Position numbers and translations under genes: made by a program. This document shows positions 21,518 through 30,513 of a stretch of DNA of 40,358 nucleotides, in pieces. Under the pieces are notes generated by a model. It saw only the letters and a program-made list of their open reading frames with translations. It made no database searches and was not told where the DNA came from. Each line of letters starts with the position of its first letter. The stretch's first letter is position 1. The DNA is from a virus (Duplodnaviria; Heunggongvirae; Uroviricota; Caudoviricetes): IMG/VR virus record IMGVR_UViG_2877953467_000003, positions 1 through 40,358 of that record. One strand, 5' to 3'.

Positions 21518-22060
21518 TTAATTGGTGAGTCCGGGGATTACGGTTTGCCCGTGCTGTTCAAGGCGTTCAATTCTAGCCAGCAGCTGTGGCTTCTTAATTT
21601 TTCCCCAGCGATTTAGCAGGCGACCTGACATGCTGGCAACATCCTTCTCTTTCATGTACTCCAGCATTACGGCATTTCGCTCTTCTTCAAATTGACGATT
21701 ACCAACCTGAAGCATGGCGTACATCCAGTTGAATGCGTTGATGTAAGCAATTTTGATACGCATTGCTTCTTTTTTGGTGTAGGACATAACCAAAAGCATC
21801 AACCCATCCTTACGTAGCCGATAGAATTTTTGTGGCTTACCATTCTGTAACTCATTGTTTTTATAGCAAACCTCAAAATTGAGTTTTGCATCAAACTCTT
21901 CAGGACAAGCAGCGATAGTTCTTTCTACATCACGCACAACGTTGTCATGTCGCTTACGAAATGCTTTCGCCACCATAAATGAATCGGTGACAGGGTCATT
22001 GTTGGTAATAAAAACCAGTTCTTTGAAATCAATGCCGTCAACGATAGTTGGATAATTCAT
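21518..22060 (-). CDS. Rha family phage regulatory protein
   Basis: 180 aa; N-terminal Rha-like region (DGIDFKELVFITNNDPVTDSFMVAKAF); between lysis and packaging modules. Confidence 0.65.
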   Translation of the reverse strand: MNYPTIVDGIDFKELVFITNNDPVTDSFMVAKAFRKRHDNVVRDVERTIAACPEEFDAKLNFEVCYKNNELQNGKPQKFYRLRKDGLMLLVMSYTKKEAMRIKIAYINAFNWMYAMLQVGNRQFEEERNAVMLEYMKEKDVASMSGRLLNRWGKIKKPQLLARIERLEQHGQTVIPGLTN

Positions 22061-22204
22061 CAGTGATCACCTTTTAGTGATGAACCTTGTCACACAGGAT
22101 TCCGGCCCACAGAAAGGCACCGATAACCAAACCGGCATCCTCAAGGGTCATCCTGAAAGGCTCTGTGTTCATAAGTCGCGCGTGTGAAGCGCATTTACTG
22201 AGGA

Positions 22205-22233
22205 CATAAAAAAGCCCCGCTTCTGCGAGGCAT
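22205..22233 (-). terminator. Putative intrinsic terminator downstream of lysis cassette
   Basis: GC hairpin gccccgc/gcgaggc flanked by A-run on plus and T-run on minus strand. Confidence 0.35.
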
Positions 22234-22273
22234 TTTCCTGAAAGTCACTTGTTAAATTTCAGTGAAGTTAAAA

Positions 22274-22723
22274 TTATTTTAAGCACTGAGTCCTAATGTA
22301 CTCCTGCAGGTAGTTAACCTGCGCGGTTATCCTGTCGATTCCACTTCGGAGACGGTAATAATTGAGTTCAGCATCTGCTGTAAGTCCTGGGCTTTCTCCA
22401 TCGCCCATGCCGCTGGCTCCGGTCGTTGACTTTGCACAGGTGGCGGCGACTTGCAGGCGCTTACGACCAGCAGAAACATCAGCACGGAGACTTTCGATAG
22501 TCGCGTTAGCATCAGCAAGCTCCTTTGTATATCTGGCATCGAGTTCTGCTACATCATGTTGACGCTTCTGCATGTCAGCGATTGTGGATGTGGCCTTATC
22601 GCGCTGCTCTTTGTAGGTAATGGCGTTATCACGGTAATGATTAACCGCCCATGACAGGCAGACGATGATGCAGATAACCAGAGCGGAGATAATCGCGGTT
22701 ACTCTGTTCATTGCTGACCCCAC
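22274..22723 (-). CDS. i-spanin Rz
   Basis: 149 aa with N-terminal transmembrane helix and coiled-coil periplasmic domain; follows the endolysin. Confidence 0.75.
   Translation of the reverse strand: MGSAMNRVTAIISALVICIIVCLSWAVNHYRDNAITYKEQRDKATSTIADMQKRQHDVAELDARYTKELADANATIESLRADVSAGRKRLQVAATCAKSTTGASGMGDGESPGLTADAELNYYRLRSGIDRITAQVNYLQEYIRTQCLK
22327..22512 (-). CDS. o-spanin Rz1 lipoprotein, embedded in Rz in an alternate frame
   Basis: Embedded ORF with lipobox (LLVVSAC) and proline-rich mature region [16 protein letters not shown], as in lambda Rz1. Confidence 0.65.
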   Translation of the reverse strand: MLTRLSKVSVLMFLLVVSACKSPPPVQSQRPEPAAWAMEKAQDLQQMLNSIITVSEVESTG

Positions 22724-23205
22724 AAACAGATTTCACGCTCAATCTCACGACGAGTCATCAGGCCTTTCCATTGCTTACCGCCAGCGTATATCCAGCGACG
22801 TAGCTGGTCACATGCGCCTTTGATATCGCCCTGGTTTATTTTGCGAAGAAGCGTCGATGTTCTGAAATTGCCAGCACCCACGTTGTAGACGAACGAGTAA
22901 AGAGCGCCGCGCGTTGTTTCCGGTATATCGACTTTGATGTACGGGTTAATTTGTCTGGCAACCGTGGCAAGGTCTTTATTCAGGAGGGCTTTGCATTCTG
23001 CTTCGGTATACGTTTTACCGAGCATGATGTCTTTTCCGGTGTGTCCGTGACATACAGTCCATACGCCAACGATATCTTTGTATGGTATGTAGCTGACGCC
23101 TTCCAGACCATCGTTACCACTTGGGCCAGTGATTAACACAGATGCTATAGCAATAGCCCCGCCACCAATAGCCGCAGCAACGGCTTTTCGTAATGATGGA
23201 GGCAT
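22708..23205 (-). CDS. SAR endolysin (T4-lysozyme-like, phage 21 R-type)
   Basis: 165 aa; N-terminal Gly/Ala-rich signal-anchor-release helix followed by lysozyme domain. Confidence 0.85.
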   Translation of the reverse strand: MPPSLRKAVAAAIGGGAIAIASVLITGPSGNDGLEGVSYIPYKDIVGVWTVCHGHTGKDIMLGKTYTEAECKALLNKDLATVARQINPYIKVDIPETTRGALYSFVYNVGAGNFRTSTLLRKINQGDIKGACDQLRRWIYAGGKQWKGLMTRREIEREICLWGQQ

Positions 23206-23420
23206 TATTCACCTCTCGCAGCCTTTCTTCTGTCTTCTCTGATTTTGAAGTACAGATTTGTCAGATAGGTGAGAAAGCCCAACACAAGGCTTCCAAGCAC
23301 CCCAATCGCAGCCCACTGTGATGGACTGACCTGATCCAACCACTGCAAAAACCAGTATCCCGCACTACCAGCGGATGTTCCGTAGGCAATGCCAGTTGAG
23401 ATTTTGTCCATTGATTTCAT
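23205..23420 (-). CDS. Pinholin (phage 21 S21-type)
   Basis: 71 aa, two TM segments, begins [10 protein letters not shown] with dual-start motif; recognised as S21 pinholin. Confidence 0.85.
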   Translation of the reverse strand: MKSMDKISTGIAYGTSAGSAGYWFLQWLDQVSPSQWAAIGVLGSLVLGFLTYLTNLYFKIREDRRKAARGE

Positions 23421-23538
23421 AGCAACGCCTCCGCCAGTAACGGATTGCGTAGTTCTTATATTGGGAAGGGAGAAAAAGAAGACCGCAGCATAACTATCAC
23501 TGATGAATTCAGGACATCCAGTGGCTACGGCTCAGTTA

Positions 23539-23614
23539 TGGTGCTGGTTAACGGACTTGAACCGCTACCCATTCGCTTACAAGGCGACCGCTCTACCATT
23601 GGAGCTAAACCAGC
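23539..23614 (-). tRNA. Phage-encoded tRNA, anticodon UGU (Thr-like)
   Basis: Hand-folded 76 nt cloverleaf on minus strand: perfect acceptor GCTGGTT/AACCAGC, anticodon loop CUUGUAA, T-loop TTCAAGT, CCA end; one mismatch in anticodon stem. Confidence 0.55.
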
Positions 23615-23619
23615 ATATT

Positions 23620-23694
23620 TGGCGGGACAGCGTGGACTCGAACCACGATAAGAAGGTTAACAGCCTTCCGTAATGACCTTTATACGACTGACCC
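23620..23694 (-). tRNA. Phage-encoded tRNA, anticodon GUU (Asn-like)
   Basis: Hand-folded 75 nt cloverleaf: anticodon stem GAAGG/CCTTC, loop CUGUUAA, T-arm CGTGG-TTCGAGT-CCACG, CCA end; acceptor stem has one U-U mismatch. Confidence 0.5.
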
Positions 23695-23785
23695 AAATAA
23701 AAAAAGCCACCGTTGCAACTTAAGAGTCACTAACGGCAGCTTATGCGAATAGTGTTGCTCATTTGCTCAATGATGTCAACACGTT

Positions 23786-24274
23786 CTATGCTACATGTTT
23801 AATTTTCTCTACACGTTTCCGGTTTTTAAACGCACTATCCAGAACCGGGTAAATCATAAACAACGAGGCATTGAGGATTTCGTCAACTTCCCGTCGACAG
23901 GTTGCGAGCGATGGTTTTTGAATGCGCCCGCCGCCCCGGCATAACATCTTGCGAGGTCTTGCGACGCGATGATAGTAAGATGCAATGGCGTGCTTGGAAG
24001 AGCCGTGGGCGTAGTAGCTGAGGAGGATGCCAAAGGCTTTCTTGTCAATGTACATGACGGAATCGACGACCTGAGAAATCAACATTCCATCATCATCATT
24101 ACACATTGGCCTTGTCATAACTCTTCCCGGCTCTACGCTCTCCATGAACTTCGCTATTACGCTGCTCATGCGCTTTTCCAGACGACCTGAATAAACCCAT
24201 GCGCCCCACAGTTCAAGCCAGCCATTCAGCCACTCATGCTGTTCTTTGGTGAGGTTTAGTTCTCTTATGCCCAC
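23786..24274 (-). CDS. Q: Late gene antiterminator Q
   Basis: 162 aa Cys-containing protein between nin region and tRNA/lysis genes. Confidence 0.7.
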   Translation of the reverse strand: MGIRELNLTKEQHEWLNGWLELWGAWVYSGRLEKRMSSVIAKFMESVEPGRVMTRPMCNDDDGMLISQVVDSVMYIDKKAFGILLSYYAHGSSKHAIASYYHRVARPRKMLCRGGGRIQKPSLATCRREVDEILNASLFMIYPVLDSAFKNRKRVEKIKHVA

Positions 24275-24936
24275 GCGCCTTCTCCCTGTACCTGAATCAA
24301 TGTGAGATTTCCGCAGAACACTGCCCCAGTATCGATATACATCTGGTTGGCAAATTTGAGTGGTTTCACTGCTGGCGTATGACCAAAGATAAACGTGTCC
24401 GCGCCTTTAATTTCTTTAACGATCCCGTCTTGTGAGTTGCTGATTCGTTCGCGGTTCCAGATTACCTGCTGATGATCAACTGGCTTTCCAAATTCGTATT
24501 CGTCACAAGGATAATCGGCGTGGCAGATGACATATTTTTTACCTTTGCTCACCAGTTCGATGATTAACGGAAGTTCTTCTGCTTTATGGGCAAGAGCTTT
24601 AGCCAGAATTTCTTTGTCGTAATCGAGATTAAAGAACCAGCCACCGCCATTAAGCAGCCAGTGATTAACGTTTCCACGCTCTGATAAGCCATCAATCATC
24701 ATTTGCTCATGGTTTCCACGTACAGCTCTGAACCAGGGGAATGTGATTAATTCCAGGCATTCAACGTTCTCTGCACCACGATCAACCAAATCGCCCACCG
24801 AGATAAGCAGGTCTTTTTTGTTGTCGAATCCAATCGTATCCAGTTTGTTCATCAGGTTCGTGTAGCATCCGTGCAGATCGCCAACTACCCAAATATTTCG
24901 GTATTTGCTGCCATCAATTCTTTCGTAGATATTCAT
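24265..24936 (-). CDS. ninI: Ser/Thr protein phosphatase (lambda NinI/ORF221-like)
   Basis: Metallophosphatase motifs GDLHG, GDLVDRG, GNHE; recognised as near-identical to lambda phosphatase. Confidence 0.85.
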   Translation of the reverse strand: MNIYERIDGSKYRNIWVVGDLHGCYTNLMNKLDTIGFDNKKDLLISVGDLVDRGAENVECLELITFPWFRAVRGNHEQMMIDGLSERGNVNHWLLNGGGWFFNLDYDKEILAKALAHKAEELPLIIELVSKGKKYVICHADYPCDEYEFGKPVDHQQVIWNRERISNSQDGIVKEIKGADTFIFGHTPAVKPLKFANQMYIDTGAVFCGNLTLIQVQGEGAWA

Positions 24937-25547
24937 GCAGCCTCACTTCTGCTGTTTCGCAGTTTTTTAAGTTTCTGTTGATACTCCGCCTTGATGGCCC
25001 TGCACTCTTCGACAGTCCAGCGATGGCGGTTATGGTTTGATTCGATTTCGTCTACTGCTTCCTGCCCGATGCGGTTAATCAGTTCGACGCGATACGGAAC
25101 GAGATTTCCGCTTTTGTGCTGGTTGCACACCACGCATTGCTTGTGAATATTGCGTTCATCAAATCGGAGTTGAGGCGCCGCAGCAGTTGTCCGGTAATGC
25201 CCGGCATCCCACTGAGCAGACGTGAGCGTTCCGCACGAGATACATGGTAAGTCGCGGTCTCTTTCTCTGATGAAGGCGTTTACGGCTTGTTGGGCTTGTT
25301 TAATCCAGTAACTGCGGGGCTTTAAGGCGAGTTTTCGAATCTTAAGTTTATCTTTCTGTTTCTGCTCCTCTCGTCGTCGTTTCTTCTCTGCTGCCTTTTC
25401 CGCTTTTTCGCGTTCTTTGCTTCGTCGTTCGAGTGCTATCTTGGTTCCACACTCTGGAGAGCACCACCACTGATTAGCGAATGCAGGGTGAAACCATTCC
25501 CGACATTCATCGTTTTTACATCGTCTTCGCGCTGGTTTAGCCATCAT
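24933..25547 (-). CDS. ninG: NinG recombination protein
   Basis: 204 aa with Cys clusters and basic repeats; recognised as lambda NinG-like. Confidence 0.8.
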   Translation of the reverse strand: MMAKPARRRCKNDECREWFHPAFANQWWCSPECGTKIALERRSKEREKAEKAAEKKRRREEQKQKDKLKIRKLALKPRSYWIKQAQQAVNAFIRERDRDLPCISCGTLTSAQWDAGHYRTTAAAPQLRFDERNIHKQCVVCNQHKSGNLVPYRVELINRIGQEAVDEIESNHNRHRWTVEECRAIKAEYQQKLKKLRNSRSEAA

Positions 25548-25749
25548 CTTCTTCCTCGTGCATCGAGCTATTCGAATCGCTCATCAGCTCTGCACAGCAG
25601 TACTCACACACGTGAACTTCCAGCACATGCAGCTTCTGACCGCAATTAGCGCACGTTAAAGCCCGCTCGACGCTTTCTTGTTCGTAACTTCGATTTGGGT
25701 CAATCACCTTGTATTCCTCGCACGATGTCTTAGCCACCGGATATCCCAC
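25537..25749 (-). CDS. ninF: NinF protein
   Basis: Contains [31 protein letters not shown] recognised from lambda NinF. Confidence 0.7.
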   Translation of the reverse strand: MGYPVAKTSCEEYKVIDPNRSYEQESVERALTCANCGQKLHVLEVHVCEYCCAELMSDSNSSMHEEEDDG

Positions 25750-25886
25750 AGGTGAGCCGTGTAGTTGAAGGTTTTTACGTCAGATTCTTTTGGGATTGGC
25801 TTGCGTTTATTTCTGGAGCGTTTCGTTGGAAGGTATTTGCAGTTTTCGCAGATGATGTCGGTGATACTTCGTCGCTGTCGTCTCAT
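25704..25886 (-). CDS. ninE: NinE protein
   Basis: Starts [23 protein letters not shown] as lambda NinE; ORF track gives a longer upstream-extended ORF. Confidence 0.7.
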   Translation of the reverse strand: MRRQRRSITDIICENCKYLPTKRSRNKRKPIPKESDVKTFNYTAHLWDIRWLRHRARNTR

Positions 25887-26323
25887 GCCGCCCTGTCTCC
25901 CCATCGCGCTTTCCATTCGAGAGCCAGTCGCGCTTCGTCCGACCACTTAACGCCACGCTCTGTACCGAATGCCTGTATAAGCTCTAATAGCTCCGCAAAT
26001 TCGCTTACACGCATCCTGCTGGTTGACTGGCCTATTACCACAAAGCCATTCCCGGCAAGGTTAGGAACAACGTCTTGCTGCTTTAATGCTGCGGTAAACA
26101 CACACTTCCAGCTTTCTGCATCCAACCAGCGACCATGCCATTCAACCTGACGAGAGACGTCACCAAGGCAAGCCCAAAGCTTTCGATTCTGGTCTAAGCT
26201 GCGGTTGCGCTCCTGAATGGTTACTACGATTGGTTTGGTTGGATCTGGAAGGATTTGCTGTACTGCGTGAATAGCGTTTTGCTGATGTGCTGGAGATCGA
26301 ATTTCAAAGGTCAGTTTTTTCAT
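25883..26323 (-). CDS. ninB: NinB recombination protein (Orf family)
   Basis: [28 protein letters not shown] recognised as lambda NinB; start overlaps stop of an upstream micro-ORF. Confidence 0.85.
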   Translation of the reverse strand: MKKLTFEIRSPAHQQNAIHAVQQILPDPTKPIVVTIQERNRSLDQNRKLWACLGDVSRQVEWHGRWLDAESWKCVFTAALKQQDVVPNLAGNGFVVIGQSTSRMRVSEFAELLELIQAFGTERGVKWSDEARLALEWKARWGDRAA

Positions 26324-26400
26324 GACTTCCCTCTCCCCCAAATAAAAAGGCCTGCGATTACCAGCAGGCCTGTTACAAGCTCAGTGATGTAGATGGTCAT
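26320..26400 (-). CDS. 26 aa hydrophobic micro-protein, translationally coupled between dnaB-like and ninB
   Basis: Hand-translated [26 protein letters not shown]; ATG overlaps the helicase stop, TGA overlaps the ninB ATG. Confidence 0.35.
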   Translation of the reverse strand: MTIYITELVTGLLVIAGLFIWGRGKS

Positions 26401-27851
26401 CAGAATCCCCCTTTCTTCTTGGACTGCGGTTCCTCGCGTTCACGTCGGCGCATTTCAGCAGACTGTTGGTCTGTGTCATAAATAGCGCCATTTGCCTGAA
26501 TGCAATACACCGTGCCGGTATTGCCATGACGATTGAGACGAAGGATTAGTTCGGTTTCACCAGGTGGAACACTGTCATCAAAAGCACCTTCACGATGGAT
26601 CCCCACCCAATAATCGCAATCCTGTTCAATCTGCCCTGTATCTCGCGAGTCACTTGGTAATGGGCGTTTATTGGTTCGGCTTTCCAGTGCGCGGTTAAGC
26701 TGTGTCAGAAGCACAACAACGCAATCAAGCTCTTTGGCAAGGTTCTTCAGTCCTTTGGTGATCATGCCGTAAGCAAGGTCGTTGCGATCGGCCTTCTCAG
26801 CAGTCATTAGTGTCAGGTAATCGACCAGAATCATGCCAACACATCCTTTTTCTCGCTTGATTCGACGGCTTTCGCTAACGATTTGAGCCAGAGATAATCC
26901 CGGCGTGTCGTCGATGTATAGCAGGTCGATTTCACTCAAACGATTAGCTGTTTCGATCGCCCTGTTGAAGTCACCATCGTAATCACCCTGATAGCCGTCA
27001 TCAGCGTCATTTGTCGCCGGAAGGTAAAAAATATTCGGGTTAACACCTGACTTCTGTCCCACCAGTTTTTCCAGTATCTGGTCACCTGGCATTTCAAGGC
27101 TGAACATCAGAGCGGGCTTTTTCTCATGCACTGCGCAGTTGATTGCCATCTGGCTGTATAGCGTCGTTTTCCCCATCTTAGGGCGAGCGCCAATGACAAA
27201 CAGAGAGCCTTTCACCAGACCTTTCGGTGACAGCATCCTGTCCAGCGATGGGATCCCTGTGCTCATTCCTCGTTGTTCGCCTGACGGGTCAAATCGCTTC
27301 TCAAGGTCGCTAACCCAGTCTTCCATGACCTCACCAAATGAGCGAAGGCCGCGACGCGATCCGGTTTTTGCATGGTCTGTCAGTTGCGTGAAAATCGCCT
27401 GAATAGCTTCGTACTTCTGCGTTGCAGTCATTCCGTTGCGGGAATATAGCAATTCCGTCGCTTCAGTCATGCGGTTGATGGCGTAGCGTTCCATTGCGGT
27501 TTCGCGAACCTGCATTGCATAGGCAACGATGTTTGCGGCGCTTGGCGTGTTCTTTGCGATCTCAGCGATATAAGCAAAACCGCCAACAGACGCCGTTAAC
27601 GATTTACGCTCCAGTTCATCGAAAAGCGTCAGGCCATCTACTGGCTTTTGCTCCCGGTGCATTCTGGTTATTTCTTCGAAAATGATTTTGTGTGGTCGGC
27701 TGTAAAATGAATCAGGCTTCAGCATCGCCAGAACTTTCTGGACGCGCTCACTGCTGTCATCATCCAGAAGCAATCCACCAATCACCGCCTGCTCTGCCTC
27801 GATGCTATGGGGCGGCGCATAAAAATTATCGGTCATCGTGTTCACCCTCAC
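26400..27851 (-). CDS. Replicative DNA helicase (DnaB family, P22 gene 12-like)
   Basis: 483 aa; N-terminal DnaB domain (SIEAEQAVIGGLLLD) and C-terminal RecA-like ATPase (GARPKMGKTT Walker A). Confidence 0.85.
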   Translation of the reverse strand: MRVNTMTDNFYAPPHSIEAEQAVIGGLLLDDDSSERVQKVLAMLKPDSFYSRPHKIIFEEITRMHREQKPVDGLTLFDELERKSLTASVGGFAYIAEIAKNTPSAANIVAYAMQVRETAMERYAINRMTEATELLYSRNGMTATQKYEAIQAIFTQLTDHAKTGSRRGLRSFGEVMEDWVSDLEKRFDPSGEQRGMSTGIPSLDRMLSPKGLVKGSLFVIGARPKMGKTTLYSQMAINCAVHEKKPALMFSLEMPGDQILEKLVGQKSGVNPNIFYLPATNDADDGYQGDYDGDFNRAIETANRLSEIDLLYIDDTPGLSLAQIVSESRRIKREKGCVGMILVDYLTLMTAEKADRNDLAYGMITKGLKNLAKELDCVVVLLTQLNRALESRTNKRPLPSDSRDTGQIEQDCDYWVGIHREGAFDDSVPPGETELILRLNRHGNTGTVYCIQANGAIYDTDQQSAEMRRREREEPQSKKKGGF

Positions 27852-28716
27852 GAACTTTCAGGTATGTATTATCGTTAAGCAGGAAATCAAATCCCTTTTT
27901 GTGCCAGACGGTTCCGCGCTGATGGTTTGGGCGCTCTTCGAACATCCATCGGCAATTTTCGCCTACGTAGCTCAAATAATTTCTCCAGTCCTGCATCGTG
28001 AACCCATGCCCGTCAAGCTGGCGGGTTATCACTCCGGCTTTGCGCCAGAACGTTCGGATCTGGTTTTTACGCTTGTCATTCAGTGCGCGGATTCTTGGCG
28101 CTTCAGGAAGGATTTCGTGGTAAGCATCGACAACATCCTGACAGCTAACGGAAGGTTTTTTCTTGTCAGACTTTTTGTCTGCTGTGGCACTCTCTAATAC
28201 GTCAGTATTAGAGATATTATTTATATTATTGTTTATGGACAACCGTTGGACAACCGTTGGACAATCTCCGCTGAGAGCCGCGCCATTACTGCTGTTTGCG
28301 TTGGACAACCGTTGGACAACCGTTGGACAATTTTTTGCCTGAAAATCGTCATATTTAACGATTGTAAACAGGCTAAATTTCTTCCCCATCGAGCAAATAT
28401 TAAGCATTCCTTTCGACTCAAAAGTCCGCAATAAGCTCCGAACTTTGTTGTCGGGGATGAATGTTTCTCTGACCAGCGACGGGCGTCCAGTTATCATCTG
28501 ACCGCGATCAACAGTTATCGGACCGATATCCGTATTGACGACAGTAGATTCGTGATTAGCCTTGAGGATTAAGTGAAGCCAAAGATGTACTGCCTGAGAG
28601 TCCTTATAGAGCCTGCTGTCCATAAACTGGCGGTGTATAGAGACATACCCCATACTGGATGCCTCCTGATGTTGTACAGGGTTATGCCTGTAATCAGCTA
28701 ACTTAACGACGCCCAT
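27826..28716 (-). CDS. Replication initiator protein (lambda O / P22 gene 18-like)
   Basis: 296 aa; iteron repeats inside the coding region (repeated peptide CPTVVQRLS); upstream of helicase with overlapping ends. Confidence 0.75.
   Translation of the reverse strand: MGVVKLADYRHNPVQHQEASSMGYVSIHRQFMDSRLYKDSQAVHLWLHLILKANHESTVVNTDIGPITVDRGQMITGRPSLVRETFIPDNKVRSLLRTFESKGMLNICSMGKKFSLFTIVKYDDFQAKNCPTVVQRLSNANSSNGAALSGDCPTVVQRLSINNNINNISNTDVLESATADKKSDKKKPSVSCQDVVDAYHEILPEAPRIRALNDKRKNQIRTFWRKAGVITRQLDGHGFTMQDWRNYLSYVGENCRWMFEERPNHQRGTVWHKKGFDFLLNDNTYLKVREGEHDDR
28237..28380. repeat. Phage replication origin: two clusters of three 11 bp iterons plus AT-rich region
   Basis: CCGTTGGACAA x3 at about 28240-28265 and x3 again at about 28300-28330, followed by AT-rich stretch; within the O-like gene as in lambda ori. 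Confidence 0.7.
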
Positions 28717-28898
28717 GTTTCACTCCTGCTTTGGCTAGTCTGTAAACACCAACAAGGCGCTCTGCGAACGCCCTGTTATTTGCTGCGGCTACCACTAATC
28801 CCTCAGGTGAATCAGGGTGTCGAATCTCTTCTTTTTCCTGGTATTTCTTACGACGTTTTGTCATAATTACTCCTGTGGATTGATCCAGTCTTTCTACA

Positions 28899-29180
28899 TC
28901 AGGCCTCGAAGAATTCGCCGTTCTTCGGGGCTTTTTCTTTTGTCAGGTAATTGGCAAGCCGCTTAGTCAGCTCAGCCATTTCATCGTCTTCGATTCCGTA
29001 TTCCAGAACAGCCAGCATCATGCTTACCTGCGAGAAGAAACCATTCTTCCATCGGCTTACCTGATATTCAGGAACCCCCATTGCTCGAGCGAATGTCTTC
29101 TGCCCCATCAGTGCCAGTTTGTTCAGCAAGGCTGACTCGATGCGAGCCGCTTTCTTGCTTTTAGTTGCAATAGTACCCAT
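28899..29180 (-). CDS. cII: CII-like transcriptional activator
   Basis: 93 aa; RIESALLNKLALMG ... QVSRWK ... FSQVSMMLAVLEYGIEDDEMAEL closely parallels lambda CII. Confidence 0.8.
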   Translation of the reverse strand: MGTIATKSKKAARIESALLNKLALMGQKTFARAMGVPEYQVSRWKNGFFSQVSMMLAVLEYGIEDDEMAELTKRLANYLTKEKAPKNGEFFEA

Positions 29181-29256
29181 AGATAATTTCCTTAATGATT
29201 AGATAGAGTTGGCTTCGCAAAGAAACGCAAAACCATAGAGATTTGTTTCTGGTAAT

Positions 29257-29288
29257 GCCCTTTTTCAGGGCTGGAATGTGTAAGAGCG
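29257..29288 (-). promoter_or_regulatory. nutR site (boxA CGCTCTTACA and boxB GCCCTGAAAAAGGGC)
   Basis: Minus-strand sequence CGCTCTTACACATTCCAGCCCTGAAAAAGGGC matches lambda nutR as recalled; between cro and cII. Confidence 0.7.
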
Positions 29289-29295
29289 GGGTTAT

Positions 29296-29529
29296 TTATG
29301 CTGCTGATGCTCTACGCGATACGAACACCAGGTTTTCCTTTTTCACGGGTTTATAAGCCGTGAAATTACGAGTAGCTTCTTCGATTGCATTCGCTTTATC
29401 AGGGGAAGCTCTTCGAAATCCATATGCAATCTGGTCAAGATAGCCAACTGAAGTTTTCGCTAATGCGGCGAGTCGCTTCCATTCCTCACTAGAAGCCTCT
29501 TTTCGCCAGCGTAGTAGTTCATTACTCAT
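29296..29529 (-). CDS. Cro-like HTH regulator
   Basis: 77 aa, divergent from cI across the operator region; helix-turn-helix-like segment. Confidence 0.55.
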   Translation of the reverse strand: MSNELLRWRKEASSEEWKRLAALAKTSVGYLDQIAYGFRRASPDKANAIEEATRNFTAYKPVKKENLVFVSRRASAA

Positions 29530-29642
29530 TAGTGCCTCCGTTTATCATACAGAATAACTTTACCATTTTGATAAATCAACTGCAATGTAAATTTATCATA
29601 TTGCGTATTTATCCATTTGCTAAATAGAGGGAGAATTGTGAG
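29530..29642. promoter_or_regulatory. Immunity operator/promoter region (OR, pR/pRM)
   Basis: 113 bp AT-rich divergent intergenic region with repeated TTTATC(A) half-sites (e.g. 29541-29557, 29608-29624). Confidence 0.5.
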
Positions 29643-30347
29643 ATGGAAAACAAAGATATTCGCAAATCGAATCTGGCGTTTTTGCTAGATGAGCATAAAA
29701 AAATCGCGGGTAACACTAATGCAAGCTTTGCCGATAAGCTTGGGGTTAGCCCTTCTCAACTCACGCAAGTCTCCGGTGAAAAAAGCACTCGAAACATAGG
29801 GGATAAACTAGCAAGAAAATTTGAAGCTGCACTTGGGTTACCTAATGGGTGGCTTGATTTGGTACATGATGTAACACCAATTGCATCATGCTCAGATTCT
29901 TTAACTTTTGTAGGTCAGGTAAGAAAAGGGTTAGTGCGCGTGGTTGGTGAGGCAATTCTTGGTGTTGATGGTGCCATCGAGATGACCGAAGAGCGCGATG
30001 GGTGGCTCAAAATTTATAGCGATGATCCAGATGCCTTTGGTCTTCGTGTGAAAGGAGACAGCATGTGGCCCAGAATAAAATCAGGAGAATATGTACTCAT
30101 TGAGCCTAACACCAAAGTATTCCCGGGTGATGAGGTGTTTGTCAGAACCGTTGAAGGACACAACATGATTAAGGTTCTTGGCTATGACAGAGATGGAGAA
30201 TACCAATTTACAAGCATTAACCAGGACCACAGGCCAATAACGTTGCCTTATCATCAAGTAGCAAAGGTGGAGTATGTGGCTGGTATTCTGAAGCAATCTC
30301 GCCATCTGGATGACATCGAGGCAAGGGAGTGGCTGAAAAATTCGTGA
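29643..30347 (+). CDS. CI prophage repressor (HTH plus S24 LexA-like peptidase domain)
   Basis: N-terminal HTH; C-terminal autocleavage domain with GDSMWP serine motif. Confidence 0.85.
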   Translation: MENKDIRKSNLAFLLDEHKKIAGNTNASFADKLGVSPSQLTQVSGEKSTRNIGDKLARKFEAALGLPNGWLDLVHDVTPIASCSDSLTFVGQVRKGLVRVVGEAILGVDGAIEMTEERDGWLKIYSDDPDAFGLRVKGDSMWPRIKSGEYVLIEPNTKVFPGDEVFVRTVEGHNMIKVLGYDRDGEYQFTSINQDHRPITLPYHQVAKVEYVAGILKQSRHLDDIEAREWLKNS

Positions 30348-30513
30348 CTTCATCGTCACATAGCTGGTAGCCAGTGGCCTGAAGAGACGTTTGGGTAATT
30401 CCAATTGTGATTTATGAACAGTCAATTCCGCCAGATTGGTGATGATGACAAGCCGCTATGGCTTAGCTTCAACATGAATACATTCATCGTAACCACAGCA
30501 GGGAGTTTAACGA

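Noticed and set aside
22061-22160. 32 aa minus-strand micro-ORF (MNTEPFRMTLEDAGLVIGAFLWAGILCDKVHH) between Rz and rha
   Set aside because: No convincing RBS and too short to support without conservation data; left unannotated.
23445-23651. 68 aa plus-strand ORF
   Set aside because: Overlaps both minus-strand tRNA genes; region is better explained as tRNA-coding.
28237-28338. Possible CRISPR-like repeat array
   Set aside because: Repeats are 11 bp tandem iterons without spacers, inside the initiator gene; this is a replication origin, not a CRISPR array.
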